Shown: positions 46,505-57,837 of the stretch, piece by piece
How positions within the stretch are numbered: the first letter of the stretch is position 1
Layout of the letters: the number at the start of each line of letters is the position of its first letter
NCBI GenBank assembly: GCA_934546935.1
Contig: CAKTEH010000001.1
Location: 205,332-269,331, forward strand
Direction: 5' to 3'
Origin: an uncultured Eubacteriales bacterium
GTDB taxonomy: Bacteria > Bacillota > Clostridia > Oscillospirales > QAMX01
Length of the DNA: 64,000 nucleotides
The notes under the pieces: generated by a model
What the model was told of the DNA's origin: nothing
The model's database searches: none
Seen by the model: only the letters and a program-made list of their open reading frames with translations
Program-made: the position numbers and the translations under genes

Positions 46505-47746
46505 ATGTTTTTCTTTGACAAGCTTGCGCAGTTTGACCCGGAGGTTTTTTCTGCGTGCGATCTGGAATTGAAGCGGCAGCAGCACAATATTGAGCTGATT
46601 GCTTCGGAAAATATCGTTTCCGAAGCGGTTCTTCTGGCCGCGGGCAGTGTGCTGACGAATAAATATGCCGAAGGTTATCCTGGAAAGCGCTATTACGGCG
46701 GATGTGCAGACGTGGACATCGTGGAAAATATTGCGCGTGAGCGCGCCTGTAAGCTTTTTGGCGCAGATCATGCCAATGTCCAGCCACACAGCGGCGCCAG
46801 CGCCAATTTGGCGGTTTTCTTTGCCCTCCTGGAGCCGGGCGATACGGTGATGGGAATGAATTTGAGCCAAGGCGGCCACCTTTCCCATGGTTCCCCGGTG
46901 AATATTTCGGGTAAATACTTCAACATTGTGCCTTATGGTGTAAATGATGAAACGCAGTATATTGATTATGACGAAATGCGCCGCATCGCACTGGAATCGA
47001 AGCCGAAAATGATTATTGCCGGCGCCAGCGCCTATCCCCGTGTTATCGATTTTGCACGCTGCCGTGAAATTGCCGATGAGGTCGGGGCATATTTGATGGT
47101 GGATATGGCGCATATTGCAGGCCTGGTTGCCGCGGGGCTGCATCCCAACCCGGTGCCTTATGCTGACGTCGTCACCTCCACTACGCATAAAACCCTGCGC
47201 GGCCCGCGCGGCGGCCTGATTCTGTGCAAAAAGAAATATGCGAAAGCCATCGACAAAGCGGTTTTCCCCGGCACGCAGGGCGGCCCGCTGATGCATATTA
47301 TTGCGGCCAAGGCTGTTGCATTTGGCGAGGCGCTGAAAGATGAATTTAAAGTTTACCAGGGCCAGATTGTCAAAAATGCGGCTGCGCTTGCCGAAAGCCT
47401 GATGGACAACGGATTCCGGCTCGTTTCCGGCGGTACGGACAACCACCTGATGCTGCTTGACCTGCGCAACAAGGACATTACCGGTAAAGAACTTGAGCGC
47501 CGTCTTGACGAGGTGCATATCACTGCCAATAAAAACACCATTCCCAATGATCCGCAGAGCCCCTTCGTCACCAGCGGTCTGCGAATTGGTACGCCGGCGG
47601 TTACGACTCGCGGCTTCTGCGAAGCAGAAATGAAGGCGATTGCCGCCTGGATCCGGGATGTCTGTGAAGATTTTGAAGGAAACCGCGCGCGTATCACTGA
47701 CGAAGTGGTCGAGCTGTGCTCCCGCTACCCGATTTACCAGCTCTAA
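46505..47746 (+). CDS. glyA: serine hydroxymethyltransferase
   Basis: Full-length SHMT (..[10 protein letters not shown].., PLP lysine motif [12 protein letters not shown]). Confidence 0.95.
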   Translation: MFFFDKLAQFDPEVFSACDLELKRQQHNIELIASENIVSEAVLLAAGSVLTNKYAEGYPGKRYYGGCADVDIVENIARERACKLFGADHANVQPHSGASANLAVFFALLEPGDTVMGMNLSQGGHLSHGSPVNISGKYFNIVPYGVNDETQYIDYDEMRRIALESKPKMIIAGASAYPRVIDFARCREIADEVGAYLMVDMAHIAGLVAAGLHPNPVPYADVVTSTTHKTLRGPRGGLILCKKKYAKAIDKAVFPGTQGGPLMHIIAAKAVAFGEALKDEFKVYQGQIVKNAAALAESLMDNGFRLVSGGTDNHLMLLDLRNKDITGKELERRLDEVHITANKNTIPNDPQSPFVTSGLRIGTPAVTTRGFCEAEMKAIAAWIRDVCEDFEGNRARITDEVVELCSRYPIYQL

Positions 47747-47787
47747 GCGAAGGCTGTTTCGTAAACCCCTTCAGTTTCATTCAAAAA

Positions 47788-47816
47788 ACAGCATGGGAAA
47801 ATCCCATGCTGTTTTG
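47788..47816 (+). terminator. intrinsic terminator of glyA
   Basis: ACAGCATGGGA-AAA-TCCCATGCTGT followed by TTTT. Confidence 0.7.
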
Positions 47817-47895
47817 TTGATTTTTATATTTTTGTGTGATAAAATAGCAAAATGCTGCGAATATATGGAATAAAGACAGAGAAAGGTTTGATGCT

Positions 47896-49272
47896 ATGAC
47901 GTTAAAGCAAATGTTTGCGCCCTCAGACATGACCACAGGAAAGCCCTGGGAAAAGATCGTGATTTTTATGATTCCTATGCTATTGGGTAATATTGCCCAG
48001 CAGCTGTATAATACTGTCGACAGTATTGTGGTAGGCAAATATGTCGGAGATAATGCGCTGGCGGCTGTTGGCAGCGCCAGCCCGATTCTGAATCTTCTTC
48101 TTGTGCTGTTTATTGGAATCTCCGTAGGCGCCGGCGTTATGGTTTCACAGTATTTTGGCGCCAAAAAGCGTGAGGAATTATCTAAATCTATTGGCAATTC
48201 CATCACGCTGACGATTATTGCCACTGTGATTATCATGGTGGCGGGCTCTCTTTTGGCCCGTCCGATCCTTAAGCTGTTAAATACCCCGGAGAGCATACTC
48301 GACTGGAGCGCTTCTTACCTGATTATCCTTTTCCTTGGAATGGCAGGCTGCGCGTTTTATAATATTCTTTGCGGAATCCTGCGCGGGCTGGGTGATTCGG
48401 TTTCTGCGTTGGTGTATCTGCTTGTTGCAACTGTGCTGAATATCATACTGGATATTTGGTTTGTTGCGAGTTTTAAAATGGGCGTCGCGGGCGTAGCGCT
48501 TGCCACGGTCATCGCCCAGGCGGTTTCTGCGCTGTTGTGCCTGCTGAAGCTTCGCCGGATGACGGACGTTTTTGATTTGAAGCTGTCCTATCTGAAAATG
48601 GAAAAGCGCCATAGCCTGGATATCATCCGCCTTGGCCTGCCCTCCGGCGTAACGCAGGCAATTTTTTCCATGGCGATGGTCCTTGTCCAGTCGCTGACCA
48701 ATTCTTTCGGCGAACTGGTTATCGCGGCCAATGTAATTATCATGCGTGTCGACGGGTTTGCAATGATGCCCAACTTTTCCTTTGGTACGGCGATGACGAC
48801 TTATGCCGGGCAGAATGTCGGCGCCGGCCGTTATGACCGCGTTGAACAGGGCGCAAAACAAGGGACGCTGATTGCGGTGGGGACTTCGGCGGTTATTACT
48901 GGGCTTATTGTTCTGTTCGGCCGCCATTTGATGGCAATTTTTACCGATACACCGGAACTGGTTGTAATGAGCGCCAATATGATGAACATTCTGGCTGTTG
49001 GGTATATTGCAATGGCGGTAACACAGAGCTTGTCTGGCGTGATGCGCGGCGCAGGGGATACAATGACGCCGATGTGGATTTCCCTGGTTACCACCGTTAT
49101 TATTCGTGTCCCAGTGGCTTATGGCCTGGTGTATCTGAGCCGTACGGCTGAGCTGCCGGCGGGCCGCTATGAGGGTATTTTCATTTCACTGCTGGCGTCC
49201 TGGGTACTTGGCGCGGTATTGACCTTTATTTTCTACGCCAGGGGAAAGTGGAAAACGAAGGGGTTGAAATGA
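47896..49272 (+). CDS. MATE-family efflux transporter
   Basis: 12-TM MatE repeat architecture. N-terminus ..PMLLGNIAQQLYNTVDSIVVG. Confidence 0.85.
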   Translation: MTLKQMFAPSDMTTGKPWEKIVIFMIPMLLGNIAQQLYNTVDSIVVGKYVGDNALAAVGSASPILNLLLVLFIGISVGAGVMVSQYFGAKKREELSKSIGNSITLTIIATVIIMVAGSLLARPILKLLNTPESILDWSASYLIILFLGMAGCAFYNILCGILRGLGDSVSALVYLLVATVLNIILDIWFVASFKMGVAGVALATVIAQAVSALLCLLKLRRMTDVFDLKLSYLKMEKRHSLDIIRLGLPSGVTQAIFSMAMVLVQSLTNSFGELVIAANVIIMRVDGFAMMPNFSFGTAMTTYAGQNVGAGRYDRVEQGAKQGTLIAVGTSAVITGLIVLFGRHLMAIFTDTPELVVMSANMMNILAVGYIAMAVTQSLSGVMRGAGDTMTPMWISLVTTVIIRVPVAYGLVYLSRTAELPAGRYEGIFISLLASWVLGAVLTFIFYARGKWKTKGLK

Positions 49273-49285
49273 ATAAAGAGTTTTG

Positions 49286-49318
49286 CCGCCCGGCCTATTT
49301 TGCCGGGCGGTTCTTTTG
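49286..49318 (+). terminator. intrinsic terminator
   Basis: CCGCCCGGC / GCCGGGCGG followed by TTCTTTT. Confidence 0.7.
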
Positions 49319-49403
49319 CTGGATTTGGGATTTTCTACAAAAAGACAAGAACCGAAAACATAAAATCTTGTCTGGAAAACGGAAGAATGGTATAATATAT
49401 GGG

Positions 49404-49432
49404 TTGACAGCCTGTATGATGTAAGGTAAAAT
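49404..49432 (+). promoter_or_regulatory. sigma-A promoter TTGACA-17-TAAAAT for uvrBA
   Basis: Consensus -35 at 49404-49409, a 17-nt spacer, TAAAAT at 49427-49432. Confidence 0.5.
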
Positions 49433-49439
49433 AGATGCA

Positions 49440-49453
49440 GAACATTTGTTTGA
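49440..49453 (+). promoter_or_regulatory. candidate LexA (Cheo-type) box GAACATTTGTTT
   Basis: aGAAC-ATTT-GTTtg matches the GAAC-N4-GTTC core of Firmicutes SOS boxes. It sits at the predicted transcription start. Confidence 0.4.
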
Positions 49454-49499
49454 AATTGCCGCTTTAAACTTAAGAATACTGGTGAAAGTGGAGACAGGG

Positions 49500-51500
49500 A
49501 TGAGCGAAGAAAAAAGATTTAAGGTAGTCAGCCCATTCAGCCCGTCCGGCGATCAGCCGGAAGCGATTGACGCGTTGGCTACCGGTGTGGAAATGGGGCT
49601 GAAAGAACAGACGCTGCTGGGCGTGACTGGTTCGGGGAAAACCTATACGGTAGCCAAGTTGATTGAGCGGGTACAACGCCCAACACTGGTGTTGGCGCAT
49701 AATAAAACGCTTGCAGCGCAGCTTTGCAGTGAGCTGCGCGAGTTTTTTCCGGAAAATGCGGTTGAGTACTTTGTTTCCTATTATGATTATTATCAGCCCG
49801 AGGCTTATATCCCGTCGACAGATACCTATATTGAGAAGGATTCCGCGATCAATGACGAGATCGACCGACTGCGCCATTCTGCAACCAGCGCGCTGTTTGA
49901 GCGCCGTGATGTAATCATTGTCGCTTCCGTTTCCTGTATCTACTCGCTTGGCGACCCGATCGACTATAAAAACCTCGTCGTATCGCTGCGTCCGGATGTG
50001 GAATATGGGCGGGAGCATTTGCTGAAGAAGCTGACGGAGATTCAGTATGAGCGCAATGATATGAACTTCATCCGCAATACCTTCCGTGTGCGCGGGGATA
50101 CGGTGGAGATTTTCCCTTCTTACTCCAATAATATGGCAATCCGTGTAGAGTTTTTTGGCGATACTATCGATCGGATCAGTGAGATTCATGCCCTGACCGG
50201 GCATGTCGAGCGCCGGCTCGGACATGCGGCGATCTATCCGGCGTCGCACTATGTCTCCTCGCCTGAAAAGATGCAGGGCGCAATCCAGGAAATCCTGCGG
50301 GAATGTGACGAGCGGGAGGCCTGGTTTAAAGCGAATGATAAGCTGATAGAAGCGCAGCGCATCCGGCAACGCACGATGTATGACTGCGAAATGCTGGCGG
50401 AAATCGGGTTCTGTTCCGGGATTGAGAATTATTCCCGCGTAATTTCCGGAAGGGAACCGGGCAGCGCGCCGTTTACGCTGATCGATTATTTCCCAAGAGA
50501 TTTCCTGTTGGTAGTGGATGAGTCGCATGTTACGCTGCCGCAGGTACGCGGAATGTATGCCGGCGACCGTTCGCGCAAGGAATCGCTGGTCAATTATGGC
50601 TTCCGCCTGCCCAGCGCGTTTGACAATCGCCCGCTTAATTTTCATGAATTTGAAGAAAAACTAAATCAAATTGTTTATGTCAGTGCGACGCCGGGCGATT
50701 ATGAACTGGAGCGTTCAGACCAGATTGTCGAACAGCTGATCCGGCCAACCGGCCTGCTTGATCCGCAAATCGAGGTGCGTCCGGTGGAAAACCAGGTGGA
50801 TGACCTGATCGGAGAGCTCAACCGTGTCATCAGCCGTGGGGAACGTGCACTTGTAACAACGCTGACGGTGAAGATGGCGGAGGATCTGACCGCCTATTTA
50901 TCCAACGTCGGCATCCGGGTAAAATATATCCACCATACGATTGAAACGATTGAGCGGATGAAGCTGATCCGCGAGCTGCGCCTCGGCGAGGTCGATGCGC
51001 TGGTTGGCATCAATCTGCTGCGCGAGGGCCTGGATATGCCGGAGGTCAGCTTAGTGGCGATTCTCGACGCCGACCGCGAAGGTTTTCTGCGTTCAGGCCG
51101 TTCGCTGATCCAGATTACCGGCCGCGCCGCGCGTAATGTTAACGGCCGCGTGATTATGTATGCCGACCGGATTACTGATTCGATGCGTTATGCGATTGAC
51201 GAGACAAACCGGCGCCGCGGCCTTCAGCAGAAATTCAATGAAGAACACGGTATTGTCCCTAAAACGATACAGAAAGATGTTCATGAGATTATCGAGATTT
51301 CCGTACCGGAGAAACGCGGCAAGGATGTCCGGCAGATGACAAAGCACGAGCGGCTGCAGTTGATTGATAAGCTGCGGCGCAGTATGAAGAATGCGGCGAA
51401 AATGCTTGAATTCGAATATGCTGCACAGCTTCGCGACCAGATTGCAGAGCTGGAGCAGGAAGATGCAAAACTGAAAAGTACGAAACATAATGGGGCATAG
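49500..51500 (+). CDS. uvrB: excinuclease ABC subunit B
   Basis: Full-length UvrB ([12 protein letters not shown] box, C-terminal UVR domain). ATG at 49500. Confidence 0.95.
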   Translation: MSEEKRFKVVSPFSPSGDQPEAIDALATGVEMGLKEQTLLGVTGSGKTYTVAKLIERVQRPTLVLAHNKTLAAQLCSELREFFPENAVEYFVSYYDYYQPEAYIPSTDTYIEKDSAINDEIDRLRHSATSALFERRDVIIVASVSCIYSLGDPIDYKNLVVSLRPDVEYGREHLLKKLTEIQYERNDMNFIRNTFRVRGDTVEIFPSYSNNMAIRVEFFGDTIDRISEIHALTGHVERRLGHAAIYPASHYVSSPEKMQGAIQEILRECDEREAWFKANDKLIEAQRIRQRTMYDCEMLAEIGFCSGIENYSRVISGREPGSAPFTLIDYFPRDFLLVVDESHVTLPQVRGMYAGDRSRKESLVNYGFRLPSAFDNRPLNFHEFEEKLNQIVYVSATPGDYELERSDQIVEQLIRPTGLLDPQIEVRPVENQVDDLIGELNRVISRGERALVTTLTVKMAEDLTAYLSNVGIRVKYIHHTIETIERMKLIRELRLGEVDALVGINLLREGLDMPEVSLVAILDADREGFLRSGRSLIQITGRAARNVNGRVIMYADRITDSMRYAIDETNRRRGLQQKFNEEHGIVPKTIQKDVHEIIEISVPEKRGKDVRQMTKHERLQLIDKLRRSMKNAAKMLEFEYAAQLRDQIAELEQEDAKLKSTKHNGA

Positions 51501-51508
51501 AGGGGAAC

Positions 51509-54337
51509 ATGGCGGAAAAAATTGTAGTTCGCGGTGCGCGGGAGCATAATTTAAAAAATGTGGATTTGGAGATTCCGCGCGATAAACTTGTGGTTTTTAC
51601 CGGTATTTCGGGTTCGGGAAAATCCAGCCTTGCGTTTGATACGATTTATGCAGAGGGGCAGCGCCGGTATATCGAATCGCTGTCCTCTTATGCGCGGCAG
51701 TTCCTGGGGCAGATGGAAAAGCCGGATGTGGATTATATTGAGGGTCTGTCCCCGGCAATTTCTATCGACCAGAAAACCACTTCCAAAAACCCGCGCTCAA
51801 CGGTTGGGACAGTAACGGAGATTTATGATTACCTGAGGCTTTTGTGGGCACGCATCGGGGTTCCGCACTGCCCAAAGTGTGGAAAGGAGATCCGCCGTCA
51901 GTCGATTGACCAGATCATTGACCAACTTCTTTCCAATCCGGAGGGGACGCGCGCGTCGGTTATGGCGCCGGTGGTTCGTGCGCGCAAGGGGGAACATGCC
52001 AAGGTTTTTGATGACGCCCGCGCGGCCGGTTATGTCCGCGCCCGGGTAGATGGGGAAGTGCTTGACCTTTCTGAGGAAATCAAGCTTGCAAAAACGAAAA
52101 AGCATTCGATCGAAATCGTAATTGACCGTATTGTTCTGAAAGAAGAAGCGCGTACGCGTCTGACAGATTCTGTGGAAACTGCGGCCAAGCTTTCCGGCGG
52201 TCTGATTATGGTGGATCTTGCCGGGGAGGACGTTCTGTTTTCCCAAAATTATGCCTGCCCGGACTGCGGGATCTCGATTGAAGAGCTTACACCGCGAATG
52301 TTTTCTTTCAATAATCCATATGGCGCCTGCCCAACCTGCACAGGACTGGGCGTTCAGATGATGATCGATCCGGATCTGATTATCTCGCGTCCGGAAGCTT
52401 CGATTATGGGCGGAGCAATCCGTGCATGTGGCTGGGATCCGGCAAATCCCGACGGCGTTGCCGGTGTGATGCTGCGTGCATTGTCTGCACATTATGGCTT
52501 TTCTCTGGAAACGCCGGTGAAGGAACTGCCGAAAGATATGGTGGATATAATCCTGTACGGTACAAAAAACGAAAAGATCGAAGTGAAATACCCGCATCTG
52601 CGCAAACCGATTTCACAGGCGTTTGAAGGGATTATCTCAAACCTGAACCGCCGCTATAAATATACGGAAAGTGAAGGCGCGAAGGCAGAGATCGAAGAAT
52701 ATATGAGCCCGGTTCCCTGTCCGTCCTGCGGCGGGAAGCGCCTTAAAGAAGAGGTGCTTGCTGTTACTGTCGGCGGTATCAATATTTATGAATACTGCGA
52801 AAAAACCATCCATGAGGCAATGGAATTTATCAATACCTTGCAGCTGAGTGAACGTGAGGAAATGATCGCGCACAGTATTTTAAAAGAGATCCGCGCCCGG
52901 CTTGGCTTCCTGGATAGCGTGGGCCTGGAATATCTGACGCTTTCGCGGGCGTCCGGGACACTTTCCGGTGGAGAAAGCCAGCGTATCCGCCTGGCCACGC
53001 AGATCGGTTCTTCTCTTATGGGTGTGCTTTATGTCCTCGACGAGCCCTCTATCGGCCTGCACCAGCGCGACAATGAAAAGCTTTTGGCGACTCTGCGTAC
53101 CTTGCGCGATCTTGGCAATACGCTGATTGTGGTCGAGCACGACGAGGATACGATGTATGCGGCAGATTATATTGTCGACGTCGGACCTGGCGCAGGGATC
53201 CATGGCGGTGAAATTGTCTGTGCAGGTACGGTTGAACAGGTTAAAGCCTGCCCGGCTTCTGTTACCGGTCAATATCTGAGCGGGAAACGTTATGTCCCTG
53301 TCCCGGCAAAACACCGCGAGGGCACAGGAAAAAGCCTCCGGATTTTGGGCGCGAGAGAGAATAATCTGAAAAATATCGATGTGGAGATCCCGCTTGGGAA
53401 GTTCACCTGTGTTACCGGCGTTTCCGGTTCCGGGAAAAGCTCGCTGATTAATGAAATCCTATATAAGCGCCTTGCCGGCGACCTCAATGGCGCGCGCAAG
53501 CGCCCGGGCGCGCACTGCGGGATTGAGGGCGAGGAGTACTTGGATAAGATCATTAATATAGATCAGTCCCCGATCGGACGCACGCCGCGTTCCAACCCTG
53601 CTACCTATACAGGTGTGTTCAATGATATCCGCGAGCTGTTTGCAGCAACGCAGGACGCCAAAATGCGTGGATATGGCCCAGGGCGCTTTTCCTTTAATAT
53701 CAAAGGCGGCCGCTGCGAATCCTGTTCCGGCGACGGCCTGCTCAAAATCGAGATGCATTTCCTGCCCGATATTTATGTACCCTGCGAGGTCTGTCATGGC
53801 CAGCGTTATAACCGGGAGACGCTTGAGGTGCGTTATAAGGGCAAAAATATTTATGAAGTGCTGGATATGACCGTTGAGGAGGCGGTAGCGTTCTTTGAAA
53901 ATGTCCCGAAGATCCATCGGAAGATTTCTACGCTTCTGGATGTCGGGCTGGGTTACGTCAAGCTTGGCCAGCCATCTACAACGCTTTCCGGCGGGGAAGC
54001 GCAGCGTGTCAAGCTGGCGACAGAGCTTTCCCGCCGTGCAACCGGAAGAACGATCTATGTCCTCGACGAGCCGACGACCGGCCTGCATATTGCGGATGTG
54101 CACAAGCTGATAGAGGTGTTGTCCGCGCTTGTGGATGCGGGGAATACCGTGGTAGTGATCGAACACAATATGGACGTGATTAAATCGGCAGACTATATTA
54201 TTGATCTGGGGCCGGAAGGAGGGAACCGCGGCGGTGAAATTGTAGCCGTGGGCACTCCGGAAGAAATTGCCGGATGCGCTGCTTCTTATACCGGAAAATA
54301 TTTGAAAGATTTTCTTGAAAAGGGTGTTCGGGAATGA
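51509..54337 (+). CDS. uvrA: excinuclease ABC subunit A
   Basis: Two ABC ATPase modules ([18 protein letters not shown]) and zinc-finger Cys clusters. Confidence 0.95.
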   Translation: MAEKIVVRGAREHNLKNVDLEIPRDKLVVFTGISGSGKSSLAFDTIYAEGQRRYIESLSSYARQFLGQMEKPDVDYIEGLSPAISIDQKTTSKNPRSTVGTVTEIYDYLRLLWARIGVPHCPKCGKEIRRQSIDQIIDQLLSNPEGTRASVMAPVVRARKGEHAKVFDDARAAGYVRARVDGEVLDLSEEIKLAKTKKHSIEIVIDRIVLKEEARTRLTDSVETAAKLSGGLIMVDLAGEDVLFSQNYACPDCGISIEELTPRMFSFNNPYGACPTCTGLGVQMMIDPDLIISRPEASIMGGAIRACGWDPANPDGVAGVMLRALSAHYGFSLETPVKELPKDMVDIILYGTKNEKIEVKYPHLRKPISQAFEGIISNLNRRYKYTESEGAKAEIEEYMSPVPCPSCGGKRLKEEVLAVTVGGINIYEYCEKTIHEAMEFINTLQLSEREEMIAHSILKEIRARLGFLDSVGLEYLTLSRASGTLSGGESQRIRLATQIGSSLMGVLYVLDEPSIGLHQRDNEKLLATLRTLRDLGNTLIVVEHDEDTMYAADYIVDVGPGAGIHGGEIVCAGTVEQVKACPASVTGQYLSGKRYVPVPAKHREGTGKSLRILGARENNLKNIDVEIPLGKFTCVTGVSGSGKSSLINEILYKRLAGDLNGARKRPGAHCGIEGEEYLDKIINIDQSPIGRTPRSNPATYTGVFNDIRELFAATQDAKMRGYGPGRFSFNIKGGRCESCSGDGLLKIEMHFLPDIYVPCEVCHGQRYNRETLEVRYKGKNIYEVLDMTVEEAVAFFENVPKIHRKISTLLDVGLGYVKLGQPSTTLSGGEAQRVKLATELSRRATGRTIYVLDEPTTGLHIADVHKLIEVLSALVDAGNTVVVIEHNMDVIKSADYIIDLGPEGGNRGGEIVAVGTPEEIAGCAASYTGKYLKDFLEKGVRE

Positions 54338-54891
54338 TACGGGATTATTTCACTTTATTTGGCGTGTTTGCCAAAGTCGGTGTGATGACTTTTGGCGGTG
54401 GATATGCGATGCTGCCTATTCTGCAGCGGGAGCTTGCGGAAAAGCGGGACTGGACAACCCAGGAGGAGCTTTCCGATTATTACGCGATCGGCCAGTGCAC
54501 TCCCGGTGTTATTGCGGTGAATACGGCGACCTTTGTCGGCAGCAAGCGTCTTGGGGTTTGCGGCGGTATTGTAGCGACTCTCGGCGTAATTTTTCCCTCA
54601 ATTGTTATAATCATGGCAATTGCTGCTTTTTTACAGAATTTTGCTGATTTGCAGATTGTAAAAGATGCTTTTGCCGGTATCCGCGTATGTGTCTGCGCAT
54701 TGGTACTCAACGCGATTTTAAAGCTTTGGAAAAAATCACTGCCTGATTATTTTGCATTGGGGATTTTTCTGGTATTGCTTGCCATATCGGTTTTCACGGA
54801 TATTTCCCCGGTTTGGCTGGTGCTGGCCGGCGGATTAAGTGGCGTCTTGATTCAAACGGCCAGGATCAAAAGCGGGAAGGTGGGGAAATAA
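54334..54891 (+). CDS. chrA: chromate transporter (CHR) half-size subunit 1
   Basis: [20 protein letters not shown] motif. ATGA overlap with the uvrA stop. Confidence 0.8.
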   Translation: MIRDYFTLFGVFAKVGVMTFGGGYAMLPILQRELAEKRDWTTQEELSDYYAIGQCTPGVIAVNTATFVGSKRLGVCGGIVATLGVIFPSIVIIMAIAAFLQNFADLQIVKDAFAGIRVCVCALVLNAILKLWKKSLPDYFALGIFLVLLAISVFTDISPVWLVLAGGLSGVLIQTARIKSGKVGK

Positions 54892-55461
54892 GTGATTTAT
54901 TTTCGCCTGTTCTGTGAGTTCTTTAAAGCCGGGCTGTTTTCTGTCGGCGGCGGATTGGCAACCCTTCCCTTTCTATATGATATTTCTGACCGGCTAGGAT
55001 GGTTTACCCATGCCGACATTGCAGATATGCTGGCAATATCTGAGTCAACTCCGGGTCCGATCGGCGTCAATATGGCGACTTATGCAGGTTTTGAAGTCGC
55101 GGGGGTCTTTGGCGGCGTCATTGCCACGCTTGGCCTCGTTACACCTTCGATTATTGTGATTCTGATTATTGCAATGTTCCTGCGCAGATTTCAGGACAAT
55201 GTTTATGTAAAGCGCGCGTTTTATGGCCTGCGTCCTGCATCGCTTGCTATGATTTCGGCGGCATTTCTTTCCATCGTGCGCATTGCAATTGTGAATTTCC
55301 CATTATTTCGGGAAACCGGCGCTGTTTTCGATCTTGTCAGCCTTCCTGCCTTGGCCTTGGCGGCAGCGGTATTCATTTTAAACAGGAAAACAAAATTGCA
55401 TCCGATCTGGTTTATCTTGGCTTCGGCCGTGCTTGGCGTACTGTTTCATTTTGCGGGCTGA
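54892..55461 (+). CDS. chrA: chromate transporter (CHR) half-size subunit 2
   Basis: FKAGLFSVGGGLATLP motif. The GTG start directly follows the stop of subunit 1. Confidence 0.8.
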   Translation: MIYFRLFCEFFKAGLFSVGGGLATLPFLYDISDRLGWFTHADIADMLAISESTPGPIGVNMATYAGFEVAGVFGGVIATLGLVTPSIIVILIIAMFLRRFQDNVYVKRAFYGLRPASLAMISAAFLSIVRIAIVNFPLFRETGAVFDLVSLPALALAAAVFILNRKTKLHPIWFILASAVLGVLFHFAG

Positions 55462-55607
55462 ATGGAACGCCCTCTACATAATGGTTTTTGAAATTTGGCA
55501 GATTTTGTGCGATTGAGCCAAAATTCAGTTGACAAACGCGTAGATGCTTGTTACAATTATATTGGTATATTTAATATTGAACGCTTCTACAGGAAAGAGG
55601 GCATTTT

Positions 55608-56621
55608 ATGAGCGGTATTACATCTTTGTGCAGCGCGTATGCGAAATATTTTGACATCGGCGCGGCTGTCAATACGATGACGATTGCGTCTCATGCTGCA
55701 TTGCTTAAGCAGCATTTCAACAGCTTAACCTGTGAGAATGAGATGAAGTATGAGCGCATCCAGCCGGAGGAAGGAAAATTCTGCTTTGAACCAGCAGATA
55801 AAATTGTCGCCTTTGCTCGGGAAAATGGAATGCGTATGCGTGCACATGCACCTGTATGGCATGCCCAGACCCCAGACTGGTTTTTTAAACAGGGCGACCG
55901 TCCTGCACCGCGCGAGCTGGTATATGAGCGTATGGAACAGCACATCAAGGCCGTTGCGGAGCGTTATAACGATGCGGTTTATTGCTGGGATGTTGTAAAC
56001 GAAGCGACGAATGACGCTCTGGATCCGGCTTATATGGCCCGCTTTGGAAACGAACCATACCGTCAGTCCAAATATCTGACGTTGTGCGGGATTGAGTACC
56101 TGGAAAAAGCTTATCATCTTATGCGTAAATATTCCCCGACCGCACAGCTTTTTTATAATGATTATAATGAATGTGATCCGCTTAAGCGCGAACGTATTTA
56201 TGCATTGATGAAAAACCTGCTCGATCGGGGAGCACCGTTGCAGGGCTTTGGTTTGCAGACGCATTATAACATTTACGGCCCGGATATGGATGAGGTTAAG
56301 CGTTCCATAGAAACCTATGCAGGCCTTGGACTGCGTCTGCATATTACGGAGATGGATATTTCTTTTTATAAGGATATGCATTCGGATCCCCAGATTGAAC
56401 CGTCACAGGAACAGGTTGAACGTCAGGCCAAGATTTACGAAAGCTTGTTTGCACTGTACCGCAGTTACAGCGACGTGATCGACTCGGTCACCTTGTGGGG
56501 TGTGGCAGATGACAGAAGCTGGCTTTCCAATCCGAGACGGAAAAATTGGCCGCTGCCTTTTGACGAAAAACATGTGCCGAAGCCGTTTGTAGCGAAGCTG
56601 ATCGAAGCGGCCGAATCATGA
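55608..56621 (+). CDS. GH10 endo-1,4-beta-xylanase, no signal peptide
   Basis: Acid/base motif WDVVNEA and nucleophile motif ITEMDI. Confidence 0.85.
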   Translation: MSGITSLCSAYAKYFDIGAAVNTMTIASHAALLKQHFNSLTCENEMKYERIQPEEGKFCFEPADKIVAFARENGMRMRAHAPVWHAQTPDWFFKQGDRPAPRELVYERMEQHIKAVAERYNDAVYCWDVVNEATNDALDPAYMARFGNEPYRQSKYLTLCGIEYLEKAYHLMRKYSPTAQLFYNDYNECDPLKRERIYALMKNLLDRGAPLQGFGLQTHYNIYGPDMDEVKRSIETYAGLGLRLHITEMDISFYKDMHSDPQIEPSQEQVERQAKIYESLFALYRSYSDVIDSVTLWGVADDRSWLSNPRRKNWPLPFDEKHVPKPFVAKLIEAAES

Positions 56622-56627
56622 GATAAA

Positions 56628-56669
56628 AATACACCCATTTCTCTTTATTTTGTGAAATGGGTGTATTTT
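56628..56669 (+). terminator. intrinsic terminator of the xylanase gene
   Basis: AATACACCCATTTC / GAAATGGGTGTATT followed by TT. Confidence 0.65.
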
Positions 56670-56880
56670 CATGATATTTTTTGTTTTCCTGTTTGCTGGG
56701 ACAGGAACCAAGTGTGTTTGTTCTGCTGAAATAAAGCTGCGGTCGCTTTTGCGTCTGTTGAGCCAGAAAGAAATTAAGTTATTGAAATAGAAGAATTAGA
56801 GCACTATTTTCAGAAAAGGCGGCCTGCAACTTTGAAAATCTGATAGAGGTAATAAAGAACGGATTTTCCGTTCGTTATGA

Positions 56881-56914
56881 AAAAACACCCTGCAAGCTGA
56901 AACTTACAGGGTGT
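56881..56914 (-). terminator. terminator directly after the erm stop codon
   Basis: ACACCCTG / CAGGGTGT stem flanked by A5 and T7 runs. Confidence 0.6.
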
Positions 56915-56918
56915 TTTT

Positions 56919-57700
56919 TTAGGAATGGGCGGCCGTCTGCCGCCAGTATTGAAAAAAGCAGAGCCATTGAATATAAAGGATATCGCCAAATGACGATATG
57001 GGTGTCAGTTTGGCGCGCCGTAGTGCAGTTGCCACCTGTCTTTTTGTAAGGAGAGCACGGCTTCCTGAGAAGCCATAATGCAGGGAATGCTCCAAAAAAT
57101 ACTGGTATAATGCTCTCTGCGGCAGTGGAATGTCTGGTACGGGTTTTCTATGCAGATGCAGCATCACGCTGTCTGCGTGCGGCGCGGGATGGAAATCCTC
57201 ACGCTTGAAAAAGTATACGATTTTTACGTCGAAAAACGGTTTTAATAGAAGGGAACGCAGGTTTTCGTGCGGTTTTCCGCAAAAACGCTTTGCAGCACCT
57301 TTCTCGAGCACGAGCCATGTCTCCCTAGGCGGGTTCGCGGTTTCCGTCAGCCGGCGAAGGATATCCGTCGTACGGGAAAAGGGAATATTGGCGAATACTT
57401 ATAAGCTCCGGTGGGCAATGGAAGTCGAAAAAAGTTCCCATATGTCAGGCGCAGATTCGGCTGCCCGTTAAAAAGTATGGTCAACCGGTCATAAAGCGCC
57501 CGCTCAAGTTCTATCGCCTGGCTGCGGCAGCTGCAATCCAACAGTGCGCGCGTGATATGACCACGTCCTGCGCCGATCTCCAACACAATATCAGCACTTG
57601 TGATGTTCGTTAAACGTAACAGCCGGTTAATCGTGGAGCGGCTTGTTGGGAAATTTTGAGAGACAGAAAGGGGATGGCTAAATTTCGATATGGAATTCAA
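56919..57700 (-). pseudogene. erm: Erm-type 23S rRNA (adenine-N6)-methyltransferase, split by a single -1 frameshift near 57392-57400
   Basis: ORF a: ..SQNFPTSRSTINRLL..DIVLEIGAGRGHIT..AIE..GAYK. ORF b frame, open from the same spot: VFANIPFSRTTDILRRL..VWLVLEKGAAKRF..REDFHPAPHADS..LTKRQVATALRRAKL. TTG start at 57700 lies 6 nt after GAGGTG. Confidence 0.7.
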
Positions 57701-57837
57701 AATATACACCTCATTCGTTCGTTTTTGACAAATAAGGCACAACAAAAACACCATTATGTTACAGACGGCCAGTTTTTTGTTATGCCTGATCAGCGAATAC
57801 GAATGATGGTGAATATAAAAAGTTTCAACAACTCCTC
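57701..57837 (-). promoter_or_regulatory. erm-type translational attenuator: leader ORF plus nested stems that sequester the erm SD
   Basis: Leader codons CACCAUCAUUCGUAUUCG (57794-57811) pair with CGAACGAAUGAGGUG (57707-57721, containing the SD GAGGUG). An inner 13-14 bp stem forms between GGCAUAACAAAAA and UUUUUGUUGUGCC. Confidence 0.5.
57790..57828 (-). CDS. candidate 12-aa erm leader peptide M-KLFIFTIIRIR (TTG start)
   Basis: GAGGAG SD at 57832-57837, then TTG TTG AAA CTT TTT ATA TTC ACC ATC ATT CGT ATT CGC TGA. Confidence 0.4.
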   Translation of the reverse strand: MKLFIFTIIRIR

